Notes under the pieces: generated by a model
What the model was told of the DNA's origin: nothing
Databases searched by the model: none
What the model saw: only the letters and a program-made list of their open reading frames with translations
Shown here: piece by piece, positions 1-9,168 of the stretch
How positions within the stretch are numbered: position 1 is the stretch's first letter
Layout: each line of letters starts with the position of its first letter
Position numbers and translations under genes: made by a program
IMG/VR virus record: IMGVR_UViG_3300033183_000058
Span: 1 to 64,000 of that record
Length of the DNA stretch: 64,000 bases
Source of the DNA: a virus
Reading direction: 5' to 3' (one strand)

Positions 1-2
1 AA

Positions 3-185
3 CAAGATGTTCGTTTTCGTTGGTATGCTATAATGGAAATTACAAGAAAAATTGCTAACACAAGTTTAGAAGATTTACATAGACAGCATACAGAAATGAC
101 TAGTGTTATCCTACATAATCAGGCTTGGTTTAAAAGAAATAAGCAGGAAGAATTACTTAAGGCCGTTAGGAAAATAAGTGGCTAA
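3..185 (+). CDS. 3' end of a truncated CDS (QDVRFRWYAIMEIT...HNQAWF...KISG*), hypothetical protein
   Basis: Manually translated open frame from the window edge to TAA at 183-185; not in ORF track; overlaps the next gene convergently by 33 nt. Confidence 0.6.
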   Translation, partial: QDVRFRWYAIMEITRKIANTSLEDLHRQHTEMTSVILHNQAWFKRNKQEELLKAVRKISG

Positions 186-788
186 TAAATGATCTGCTAT
201 CAAAGCATGTTCAACATTGTTAGGATGTCTTTCCTCTTCGTCATACTTTCCAACGTTTTTAAAGTCCATAACATCTAGTTCAATAAATGTTATCTGTCTT
301 TGATCACATATCGCTTTTAGAGCTAGACTATGATTATCACGCTTACTATCTAATTCATCACAATCAATCACGTGACTAACAGCAAACTTAACTCCCTGCT
401 CAAGTTCGTTTAAAATATTAGCATCACTAGAAATATAGACTTTACCAACATCTTTTCTATGCTTTGGATCTTGATAAACATCTTTCAGTGCTGTGGCAAA
501 GGTAGGATGTATGATATATGTTCTATCAAAAGCACGCCACGTAAGCCTGGGAGAATGGGTCCAACAAACTAACAACACCGACACGTCATCGTGCTTTTTG
601 ATTTCCTCAACTGCTGTGTGGAAAATATAATCGTTACTAGCACCGCTAAGTGCCACATTGATACATTTAAGATTTAAGTTTTTTGCTAGTAATGCAGGAT
701 AACTTTGTTGAGCATTTTCTTCACTCATAAAAGGATGATCTAACTCAGCACCGTGTGTCACTGAACAACCTGCGGCTATGAGTTTCAT
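153..788 (-). CDS. SGNH/GDSL-hydrolase-like protein
   Basis: N-terminal AAGCSVTHG (block I GDS-like), NVALSGASN (block II), C-terminal HPNNVEH (block V); ATGA overlap with carbamoyltransferase stop. Confidence 0.7.
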   Translation of the reverse strand: MKLIAAGCSVTHGAELDHPFMSEENAQQSYPALLAKNLNLKCINVALSGASNDYIFHTAVEEIKKHDDVSVLLVCWTHSPRLTWRAFDRTYIIHPTFATALKDVYQDPKHRKDVGKVYISSDANILNELEQGVKFAVSHVIDCDELDSKRDNHSLALKAICDQRQITFIELDVMDFKNVGKYDEEERHPNNVEHALIADHLLATYFPNGLK

Positions 789-2278
789 GATACTACTTTA
801 ACTCCATATCGCTGTTGAAATCTATCAGCATCACTACGATCATTAACCATTGGCTCACCTTTGATATTGAGGCTAGTGTTTAGCAACATAGGACAGCCTG
901 TTAGCACAAACCATTTTTCTAATAGTTGTCTTATACCACTACCACAATCCTTACTCACAGTCTGCACACGACTAGTTCCATCCTGATGTATGATAGCAGG
1001 AAATTCGCTTGGCTTCTTACATGTAGCCACAGTCTGCATATAAGGGCTTGTTGGAAAGCCTTTAGGCATAGTAAAGTATTCGTTGACATATTCTTCAAGT
1101 ATAACAGGTGCAAATGGACGAAACTTTTGTCTACGTTTAATTTCGTTTACTCGATCTTTTATTTCAGGACCTCTTGGGTCTGCTAGTAATGATCTATTAC
1201 CTAATGCTCTAGGACCAAACTCTGCACGTCCTGATGCTACTCCTACTATCTTTCCTGCTAATAGTTCATCTAATAAAGCATTAACAGGATACTCGCCTTC
1301 AATGTTCATACCTAGATATGGATGCGACCATTCTACTTGTTTACCATAAGCAAGTGCCGCGGCACCTAAACTTGAACCTGCATCGCCTGGATTGGGCATG
1401 ATCCAGATATTGTCAAAGTAATCACCCAGGTGTTCATTTGCTGAACAGTTAAGAGCAACTCCGCCCATGTAGACTAAGTTATTGCTACGACCTATTTTTC
1501 TAGCATGAGCCATTATTTGATGTAGGCATTGTTCTACAGTGTATTGAGCTGAAGCCGCAATCTGAAACTCTGTCATTTCTGGTCTGTAGTCTTCACAGCC
1601 TATGTGTAGATTATCATAAAATTCTATTTCTTTTTTGTCTTTGACAAACTCAGCAAATACATTGTAGTCTGGTCTTGCATAGGCGGCCATGCCCATTAAA
1701 ATATATTCATCCTCATTTGGTTTTAATCCTGCACGTTGAGTCATTGCTGAATAAAATAATCCTACCGAGTGTGGATATTTTTGACTCCATAATTTTGTAT
1801 ACTGAGCACGACCTTTACGATCATAGTGTGCATGCCAAATTGATATAGTGTCAAACTCGCCTATAGCATCAATGACTACAACAGTGGCATCGTTATAAGG
1901 ACTTGTTTGAAAACCAGCGGCCGCATGTGATAAATGATGATGATAACTTGAAAAAGGTATACCTGTGCCTATTAGTCTTCTGGCACGTGGAGGGATTTCT
2001 CGATCAATGGCCTGCATAGTTGTTATACGGCGCCAATCAAATCCTATACCTGAGCGCCAATTACGTAACTGTTTTAGTAAAGGCTTTTCATAGTAAGCAA
2101 TATGAGTAATCTTATTAGTATAGTTGTAGGCATCATAGAATATGTCAGTGTTTAGGCTACGGTCATTCTTTTGTTTTGAATAACGTTCTGCATGTCCAGC
2201 AAACTTAATTGAACCGTCGTAGTCTACAACACTAATTGAAGCGTCGTGAAAGCCTGCCGATATTCCTAAGTAACTCAC
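785..2278 (-). CDS. Carbamoyltransferase, NodU/CmcH/TobZ family
   Basis: GISAGFHDAS, ERYSKQK, HHLSHAA, VIDAIGE, GGVALN, PGDAGSSLGAA, EFGPRALGNRS, FRPFAP, DGTSRVQTV, LLNTSLN motifs. Confidence 0.95.
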   Translation of the reverse strand: MSYLGISAGFHDASISVVDYDGSIKFAGHAERYSKQKNDRSLNTDIFYDAYNYTNKITHIAYYEKPLLKQLRNWRSGIGFDWRRITTMQAIDREIPPRARRLIGTGIPFSSYHHHLSHAAAGFQTSPYNDATVVVIDAIGEFDTISIWHAHYDRKGRAQYTKLWSQKYPHSVGLFYSAMTQRAGLKPNEDEYILMGMAAYARPDYNVFAEFVKDKKEIEFYDNLHIGCEDYRPEMTEFQIAASAQYTVEQCLHQIMAHARKIGRSNNLVYMGGVALNCSANEHLGDYFDNIWIMPNPGDAGSSLGAAALAYGKQVEWSHPYLGMNIEGEYPVNALLDELLAGKIVGVASGRAEFGPRALGNRSLLADPRGPEIKDRVNEIKRRQKFRPFAPVILEEYVNEYFTMPKGFPTSPYMQTVATCKKPSEFPAIIHQDGTSRVQTVSKDCGSGIRQLLEKWFVLTGCPMLLNTSLNIKGEPMVNDRSDADRFQQRYGVKVVS

Positions 2279-3111
2279 TGGTCTACTCTGATTCTTCCTC
2301 GTTCGGTATTTTCACCAGGCACTGCTAAAAACTTATCAATAAACCAGGCACTGACGTCAAGTGCTTCGCTATCTTTAACAGCAAAGTCATACAAGTTAGC
2401 ATGGGCATGATGATTATTATGTAGTCCTTCGCCTAGTGTCCATAAATGAACCCAACTGTTATTTTTACTACGGTCATCAGTGTCAAAGTTTCTATATCCA
2501 AGTGTATGCCCAATCCAATTAACAAATACATTTAATTCAACATGATATATCCAACTTGGCATAGCAACTAAAAATACTGTTATACGCCAGTCTATTAATA
2601 ATGTAACTGCTGTTAATGCCGCCCAAAGTTTATAATAATGATTATGAATAAATCTACATGTTGGATGAACTAGCAAATCTCTAGGAGTCATACCTCCTCT
2701 ATCCATAAACCATTTAAGATTATTAAATTCCCAAAGACCTAATGCTGTGTATAATTCTCCATCATTTACAGGACTATGCCAATCATTTGGCTTGTCTGTT
2801 ACCCTATGATGTTGTCTATGATTACGAGCGTATTGAATTGGAGAACCAACTCCTAACAAGAAACTAGTCCAGGCCATTAACTTTTCACCAAACGGTGTAG
2901 TATTAAATGCTCTATGACTAAAGTATCTGTGCATACCAATTGAATGACCAATCAGTTGAATTACCTTACTCCATACTAGACCTGCTAGTAGCCACCAAAG
3001 GCTTACACCATTAAACAACATGAATATTCCAAAGAAACTTGTTAAGTATATTAAACCTAAAAAATATCTGAATTTATTCGTTGTTATTTCTTTCTTTATC
3101 TTCGCTAACAT
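2275..3111 (-). CDS. Membrane fatty-acid (delta-9-type) desaturase
   Basis: Three His boxes HRYFSH, HRQHH, HNNHH (GEGLHNNHH) plus hydrophobic segments. Confidence 0.92.
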   Translation of the reverse strand: MLAKIKKEITTNKFRYFLGLIYLTSFFGIFMLFNGVSLWWLLAGLVWSKVIQLIGHSIGMHRYFSHRAFNTTPFGEKLMAWTSFLLGVGSPIQYARNHRQHHRVTDKPNDWHSPVNDGELYTALGLWEFNNLKWFMDRGGMTPRDLLVHPTCRFIHNHYYKLWAALTAVTLLIDWRITVFLVAMPSWIYHVELNVFVNWIGHTLGYRNFDTDDRSKNNSWVHLWTLGEGLHNNHHAHANLYDFAVKDSEALDVSAWFIDKFLAVPGENTERGRIRVDQ

Positions 3112-3850
3112 GATTGTCTTTGTCTAAATCTAGATCTACTCTTTTTAATATTCTTCCGTTAAACAGTGCCTGTGTTCCGGGTTCCATATCTTTAGTTACG
3201 TATGCGTGACCATGTATTTTACAATCATCACCTACTTCTAAATGTCCACCAAATCTTCCCGTAACGATGGTAGCATTACATCCTACAAATACATTTTTAC
3301 CGCATTTAACTCCGCCTGCTACAAATCCTTTAACGCTGACAAAACTGTTCTCTCCCATGACTGCATCATGCCCAAATGCCGCATAATCTAATGCAGTAAC
3401 ATGTTCACCAAATTGAACATCGTCTCGGACGTCAACCCATCTTCCTGTGTATGACCCTTGTCCAAACGTTGCACCTTTACTTATCTTTGTATCCGGATGA
3501 ATTAACGTATGACAGGGTAAGTTTAATTTTTTAATTAATGCTAGTCGTTCTAATCTTAAATGATAACCGCTTTCCTCAGGTTTGTCTTCAATCCTGCTAT
3601 TACCGTCCCAACTATTGCCTAAGAAGAACATGGCATTACCAAACTTATGAGGATTATCAAGTAACTCTTTTTCACTGCCAATGCACTCGACACCTTTGAT
3701 TATGTGTCCAGGCTCATACATTCTATCCAAAAATCCAATAATTTTGATATTGAGAAGTTCACAGTTCTCAGTGAGGAAATCCATGCCCCATCGTGATCCT
3801 ACGAAAACTATTGGTTCTTTCTTTTTAAATTTTTTGAATATTGAAAACAT
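3074..3850 (-). CDS. Hexapeptide-repeat (left-handed beta-helix) acyltransferase, PglD/NeuD-like
   Basis: N-terminal Rossmann-like segment (IIGFLD...CIG), LIHP motif, then hexapeptide repeats (FGHDAVMGENSFV, VKCGKNVFVG, VGDDCKI, VTKD). Confidence 0.85.
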   Translation of the reverse strand: MFSIFKKFKKKEPIVFVGSRWGMDFLTENCELLNIKIIGFLDRMYEPGHIIKGVECIGSEKELLDNPHKFGNAMFFLGNSWDGNSRIEDKPEESGYHLRLERLALIKKLNLPCHTLIHPDTKISKGATFGQGSYTGRWVDVRDDVQFGEHVTALDYAAFGHDAVMGENSFVSVKGFVAGGVKCGKNVFVGCNATIVTGRFGGHLEVGDDCKIHGHAYVTKDMEPGTQALFNGRILKRVDLDLDKDNHVSEDKERNNNE

Positions 3851-3856
3851 ATTGTA

Positions 3857-3885
3857 ATTATACCTTATTCTGTGCTACTTGTAAA
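3857..3885 (-). promoter_or_regulatory. Sigma70-type promoter TTTACA-N17-TATAAT for the acyltransferase/desaturase pair
   Basis: -35 at 3880-3885, -10 at 3857-3862, 17-nt spacer; ATG 6 nt downstream of the -10, no SD. Confidence 0.6.
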
Positions 3886-3976
3886 TAAAAGGATCACGCT
3901 TCTTTAGTTCTTTTAATTTCTTCCTATATTTAATTTCTATTTTAATTCTATTAATTAAATTCTTTAACCATTTCAT
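3875..3976 (-). CDS. 33-aa basic peptide MKWLKNLINRIKIEIKYRKKLKELKKRDPFIYK
   Basis: Manually translated; ATGA start/stop overlap with upstream gene (translational coupling); fills the intergenic gap; below ORF-track size cut-off. Confidence 0.75.
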   Translation of the reverse strand: MKWLKNLINRIKIEIKYRKKLKELKKRDPFIYK

Positions 3977-5031
3977 AGTATTTCTATCCTTTCTATATCT
4001 AAATGTGAACTCATTTGTTTCCATATTTCAAACGAGTCTGTTGTTCCAAAACTTTTTTCTAATTCAACATAACCTAATTCAAGATATCCTAAACTTAATT
4101 TAGGATCGCGTGGATCTAATCCGTGCTTAATTAACCAATTTTCAAATTTTAATAATTCTCTATCATGCCATGGACAATCATTATTACGTGTTATACTTCT
4201 GCCCCACTCAATATCAAACTCTCCCGAATAATATTGTAGGTGTGTTATTGCTTCACAGGTTGCTTCGTCTAAGTCTGGTGCGTCTTCGTCTCTAAATACT
4301 TCTATTAGAGTTTTACCTATTTGCGTCCAGTGCATGTAAACATGAGCAAATTTACGATCATACCCATTGGTTATAAATCCTTGTCTATGATCATCTGTTA
4401 ATTCATATCTAGTAGCCTTAAAGAATGTTGTTATCTGACTAGGTCTTATCCATTCAGGTGCTACACGTTGCTTACGCTGACTTAATATTAAACTTTCTAA
4501 TTCATGACAGATATTATTAAGTTGTCTTATAGCGTTACGCACCTCTGGCGGCGATACTTGGCCATATGGACTGGGGGATTCAACTGTGCCTTCTAAACGT
4601 TCAAAATGATTGTGTAATTGATTCATAATTGAATGTTTAGTTTTTAATCCAATTGCTTCTTGGCTTGCTAGATGTGCTTCTACCGAATCACTTCTAACGC
4701 GAGTCTCTATAGGATAAGTGTCAGGAAATCTAACAGTGTTTGGATGGAACCATTCTTCAATAATATAATCTTCTAAACCATGCTGTGTATAATCATAACG
4801 ATTAATAATCTCTACACTTTTATTAAGTTCATCGCAAAGATATTCAACAGTGCGAGCCGAATCTGGCCATCCTAAAAAACAAAATGATTTTTCCAATGTA
4901 AGATTTTGATCTAATATTTCTTTAAGAGCGTTAACCCAATCTTGTGCTAGTTTAGTGTCGTTAGGTCTAATGTAATAAGCGATCTTATCATCATTATTAA
5001 ATGGATTTTGTAATGTAACTTTAATTTCCAA
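3973..5031 (-). CDS. Hypothetical protein (352 aa) in radical SAM operon
   Basis: Long ORF overlapping both neighbours; no recognised motif. Confidence 0.75.
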   Translation of the reverse strand: MEIKVTLQNPFNNDDKIAYYIRPNDTKLAQDWVNALKEILDQNLTLEKSFCFLGWPDSARTVEYLCDELNKSVEIINRYDYTQHGLEDYIIEEWFHPNTVRFPDTYPIETRVRSDSVEAHLASQEAIGLKTKHSIMNQLHNHFERLEGTVESPSPYGQVSPPEVRNAIRQLNNICHELESLILSQRKQRVAPEWIRPSQITTFFKATRYELTDDHRQGFITNGYDRKFAHVYMHWTQIGKTLIEVFRDEDAPDLDEATCEAITHLQYYSGEFDIEWGRSITRNNDCPWHDRELLKFENWLIKHGLDPRDPKLSLGYLELGYVELEKSFGTTDSFEIWKQMSSHLDIERIEIL

Positions 5032-6328
5032 TGTCGTCCCACCATTCCAATGCGTCTGTTCTATTACTTAATATATCTCGCATGGTATACGTATCTTTTC
5101 TAATTAACTCTAATTGTAGCATACGATTCTTACCGTCCACAAGAGCTTGTTGCCATGTATCTGAAAATTGTTCCTCAAATGTAGGTCTTGTTTTTAGTTG
5201 CTCTAATACATCACGCATGGCTCCTTCGCTGTGAGGTATTAGTTCATCAAGCCATGGATGTAATATAGATCGTGGGAGTGCAAGTGGACTCATAATGATG
5301 TCTGGGGTAAACCCAAACACCACTTTAGCCAGAATGTCTATTTCTTTTTCTTTCGCAAGTTTTTGGATATTTTCAACTTCGAATAATCCAGGGAGTGTGA
5401 GCGTGAAGTCCAATCGAATCTGTCTTCTATGAACTGCGTTCTCAAGTCCTTGATCGAGATTCTCAAGCCAAGAATTGTAGTTGAGACCCGTCCTAATATA
5501 TTCTCCAATCGCTCCTGTTCCGTCGATTGACGCACATATCTGCCAATCGCGTAAGTTGCTAAGGATATCAGTATAAAGATTACAGCCTCTATAATCCACA
5601 CGGCTGAGGTTGGTATTGTATCGAGCATAAACATTTGGTCCATCTCCTAATTCAATGATGCGTTGCATGTATCGCCAGTGTTGCTCATACATCAACGGTT
5701 CTCCGCCTACCCAGTAAATCTCTTCGACTCTATGGTCTTCAACTGCGTCAGCGAACTCCTGCTCTATCTGCGTGTCCTGAAACTTAGATATTTCATCACG
5801 CACTGCAGGCACCATCCAATTATTTTTGGGATTTTTAAAATCTATCATCCCATGCTTACGTTGTTCTGATTCCCAAGCACTGGATAACATATCCCCACAC
5901 ATACGGCATTTGAAATTACATAAATTGGTAAACCTATAATCCCAACTAACAGGTTTCATTGTAGTATGACCTGTGTCGTCCGTTGTGTCCCAAATCTTAC
6001 TATAGTATTTACTACTGAACAGGTGATCAAAATATGTGCGGTAAACGTCAGTGTTTAATAACTTACTATTACACACATCACATTCAGGCAAGGGTTCTCC
6101 CTTCATCATACGTTGACGCACTGATTTCATATGGTCACTGTTCCAGTGTTCTTCTAAGGTAATAGGAATATACTTGCCTGTGCCTGATTTAGTATCTATA
6201 TACTGTTCAAAGTTCTGTGCAGGTTCTCTTGATGCACAGCACATTCGTCTTTCTGTTTGTGGGCTTAGATAGGTATGTGTCCAAGGAGCCATACACAAAG
6301 TAGCAGGTCTGTTCTTAGGTTCTTTCAT
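5021..6328 (-). CDS. Radical SAM protein with N-terminal twitch (half-SPASM) domain
   Basis: CMAPW...MCC...CDVC before CNFKCRMC; GGEP; YNTN; SIDG..EYIR. Confidence 0.92.
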   Translation of the reverse strand: MKEPKNRPATLCMAPWTHTYLSPQTERRMCCASREPAQNFEQYIDTKSGTGKYIPITLEEHWNSDHMKSVRQRMMKGEPLPECDVCNSKLLNTDVYRTYFDHLFSSKYYSKIWDTTDDTGHTTMKPVSWDYRFTNLCNFKCRMCGDMLSSAWESEQRKHGMIDFKNPKNNWMVPAVRDEISKFQDTQIEQEFADAVEDHRVEEIYWVGGEPLMYEQHWRYMQRIIELGDGPNVYARYNTNLSRVDYRGCNLYTDILSNLRDWQICASIDGTGAIGEYIRTGLNYNSWLENLDQGLENAVHRRQIRLDFTLTLPGLFEVENIQKLAKEKEIDILAKVVFGFTPDIIMSPLALPRSILHPWLDELIPHSEGAMRDVLEQLKTRPTFEEQFSDTWQQALVDGKNRMLQLELIRKDTYTMRDILSNRTDALEWWDDIGN

Positions 6329-7520
6329 AGCCTATTGCCTCTGCTAGTTCAGGATGGTGGTCCCATAATGACTCGTTGCGTAGTCGATCAAATCTGCGTA
6401 TGTTGTCTAGTAATTCTTTTGACTCAACGCCCTTGCCTTGATCCATAAAGTTTATTATTCTATCAAATTCTTTCTTATGTTTGTTGTGATTGGGAATCAA
6501 ACTTAATTTTGCGATGGCACGTATCTTTGCCCTTGGATGCAGATTCGCTATGTTGTTATACCATATCTCATGAAGCATGTTCCAATAGACAAAATCAAAC
6601 TCTTGCTTGTCGATCCACCAACTTAGTTCTTCCAAATACATCACATTAAACACATTTACTGTAGAACAGCACTGTAGAGTTATGTTGCCAAACTCTTGTT
6701 TAAGTTTTTTAAAGCGTTGTATGTTAGCATTTACTTCTTGCCACTCTGCATTCTTACGTTGATATTCAAATCTTTCTCGAACATCATCTATGCTAAATGC
6801 TATTTCAACTAATTTAAATTCCTTCCATACCGCTAAGTTCTTTTCTGGATACTGTGTGCCGTTAGTGTTGTAATGTATTTCAATATTCTTAGCAACACCT
6901 CGATCTACTAGTGTTCGTAGGAAGTCAAAATGCTCCTGAATCATAAAAGGTTCGCCACCAGTAAACTCTAGGTAGCGTATGTTGTCTACATTGTCAGACA
7001 TCTCTTGCCAAAAACCTTCTGCTTCTCTAGGCCAGCGACCTTGTTCAATCATTTTATATGGAAAACTAGACTTCTGTTTTTCTTTAGGCAACTCTTGAAG
7101 TTCTTCTGTGGCGTAACTACTAGAACTCCAACTACCACATATACGACATTTTAAATTGCAGATGTTACCTAGTTTAAAATCTATAAACGCCAACGGCTTA
7201 TGATCTTGAGTCCATTCAGTGCTATCAATCATTGACTCTAAACGCTCTAATGTGTATTCACGTTTTGACTTACCACCTGAATCTTCTACTGCCCAGCACT
7301 TCTTACAAGTGTCTGGTTTCTCTCCGTTTAGAAACTGACTACGCAGATCACGCATAGACTCTTGTGCTTGTTCTACAGTGTCTACACCTACACGTAATTT
7401 CTCACCTTGATCATTGACTAATTCATCCTCTGCCAGACAACATGGTCGCATGGTGCCAATGGGACTTGTTTCAACACTAACCCAAGGTAGTATGCAAAAT
7501 GTTTTATTTGGTAAGTTCAT
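6315..7520 (-). CDS. Radical SAM protein with N-terminal twitch domain
   Basis: CILPW...PCC...CKKC before CNLKCRIC; GGEP; YNTN; C-terminal DRLRNE..PEL. Confidence 0.92.
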   Translation of the reverse strand: MNLPNKTFCILPWVSVETSPIGTMRPCCLAEDELVNDQGEKLRVGVDTVEQAQESMRDLRSQFLNGEKPDTCKKCWAVEDSGGKSKREYTLERLESMIDSTEWTQDHKPLAFIDFKLGNICNLKCRICGSWSSSSYATEELQELPKEKQKSSFPYKMIEQGRWPREAEGFWQEMSDNVDNIRYLEFTGGEPFMIQEHFDFLRTLVDRGVAKNIEIHYNTNGTQYPEKNLAVWKEFKLVEIAFSIDDVRERFEYQRKNAEWQEVNANIQRFKKLKQEFGNITLQCCSTVNVFNVMYLEELSWWIDKQEFDFVYWNMLHEIWYNNIANLHPRAKIRAIAKLSLIPNHNKHKKEFDRIINFMDQGKGVESKELLDNIRRFDRLRNESLWDHHPELAEAIGYERT

Positions 7521-9168
7521 TTAACTCAGGTATTGCTTCTAATACATTTTCATTTCTAATACGATCTAGTTCTATTGTTTTTTGCCAAAATCTTTCTCTG
7601 CCTTTGCCATTTAATGGATCATTAAGTAAGTTTAATGCACTTTGAAATCCTTGCGTTGCTCTTCCAAACGTGTCAAGAGGTTTAAGCCAAGATAAATGTT
7701 CTTGGTATTTTTCTGATATTTTCTTTCTATAATCTTCGTCAGCAATACTGACCTGTAACCATTTTGGATCAACTAAAAGATTAATATTTAAATCTTGTGG
7801 TTTTATTAGTCCTTTACTTACCCATTCTTTATGAAAATCGGGTAAGTGTAAAACATTTAAAATGCTTAGTGTAGGACTAATATAAAAGTCAACACGAGGA
7901 CATTGTTCCATCATTATACGTCTATTACGTTCCACTTCTTCCCAATCTGTGCCTTTACGAATATACTCTGCTCTTGGACCCATGGCATCTAAACTAGCAC
8001 CAACAGCAACTGATTTAAATTTACGCCAATAGTCAAATACATAACGATCTTTTAGTTTTGTTTTAGTAAAGTTTGTGTTATAAACCAATGTAACATCAAA
8101 TCTTTTACGACGTTCTAGTTCTTCAAGTATATGATAATGTTCATCCATTATCAATGGTTCACCACCAGCAAAATATATTTGCTCTACATAGTCTATATGT
8201 TCCATTAGTTGTTCTAACATATCGGTTTCGTGTCGGCCTGCCCAAAACAGAGCTTTATTCTTTTTACCCCATTCAGGACCTGCAAGTTTAATTTGATCTT
8301 GATACCAAGAACTTGAAAATATGTGTCCGCATGAACGACAACTTAGATTACATAGGTTACTAAAACGTATATCCCAATATGTCATTTCAAACTGATCAAA
8401 TGTTCCATCAGATAAAGTTTTATCTACTCTTTTAACATGATGTCCTTGATGTTTGTTAGCACTTTGTCTTGGACTAAAAAATCCTGCACGTTCTTCTTCA
8501 TAGCATTTTTTACATCCTGGGCTTTGAATATCATTGAGCATGTTTGTTCTCAACGTCTTCATTTTAGATGAGTTCCATATTTCTTTAAGAGTTTTGTTTC
8601 TAACAGAGCCAAAATTTACACTATAGTTCCACAAACAACAAGGTTGAGCTTGACCATTGGGACTAGAATTTAAATGGATCCAGGGATACATACAAAATGT
8701 TTTTGATTCAGTTAGTAAGTATTTTTCTCTTTCAGTTAAGTCAAACATATTAATGTTTGTAGGAACACTCGAACCATATATATACTCGTCTGTTATTTTT
8801 GCAGTGGTTTCATTTTTTATATAGTTTCCTTCTAATACTTTAAAGTCTAGTTTATTTTCTTTATCAGTATTAACAATATTGAGCTTTGTTATTTCTTTTT
8901 CAATATCTTTGTTTGTTGTTTGCACTAATATAAAACAAGGAGTAATGTCAAGGTTATTAACAATTCTTAATAAGATTGATAACTTAATGCCCACATCTGA
9001 ATCTTTTTGATATAAATCAGAATCTCCAAAGTTGATAACTATTCTGTCATTATTATCATATGCTTCTTTTTTATTTTTTTTAAGATTAGGAAACAAATAA
9101 TTTTTTAATTCGTTTAGATCTTCAATCGAATTTATATATAATGTATCAATGATATTATAATTTGCCAT
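7504..9168 (-). CDS. Radical SAM protein with N-terminal twitch domain and extra ~155-aa N-terminal region
   Basis: CMYPW...PCC...CKKC before CNLSCRSC; GGEP; YNTN; DRIRNE..PEL. Confidence 0.92.
   Translation of the reverse strand: MANYNIIDTLYINSIEDLNELKNYLFPNLKKNKKEAYDNNDRIVINFGDSDLYQKDSDVGIKLSILLRIVNNLDITPCFILVQTTNKDIEKEITKLNIVNTDKENKLDFKVLEGNYIKNETTAKITDEYIYGSSVPTNINMFDLTEREKYLLTESKTFCMYPWIHLNSSPNGQAQPCCLWNYSVNFGSVRNKTLKEIWNSSKMKTLRTNMLNDIQSPGCKKCYEEERAGFFSPRQSANKHQGHHVKRVDKTLSDGTFDQFEMTYWDIRFSNLCNLSCRSCGHIFSSSWYQDQIKLAGPEWGKKNKALFWAGRHETDMLEQLMEHIDYVEQIYFAGGEPLIMDEHYHILEELERRKRFDVTLVYNTNFTKTKLKDRYVFDYWRKFKSVAVGASLDAMGPRAEYIRKGTDWEEVERNRRIMMEQCPRVDFYISPTLSILNVLHLPDFHKEWVSKGLIKPQDLNINLLVDPKWLQVSIADEDYRKKISEKYQEHLSWLKPLDTFGRATQGFQSALNLLNDPLNGKGRERFWQKTIELDRIRNENVLEAIPELNELTK

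Noticed and set aside
153-185. 33-nt convergent 3' overlap of two genes
   Set aside because: Common in compact phage genomes; no further evidence of function.
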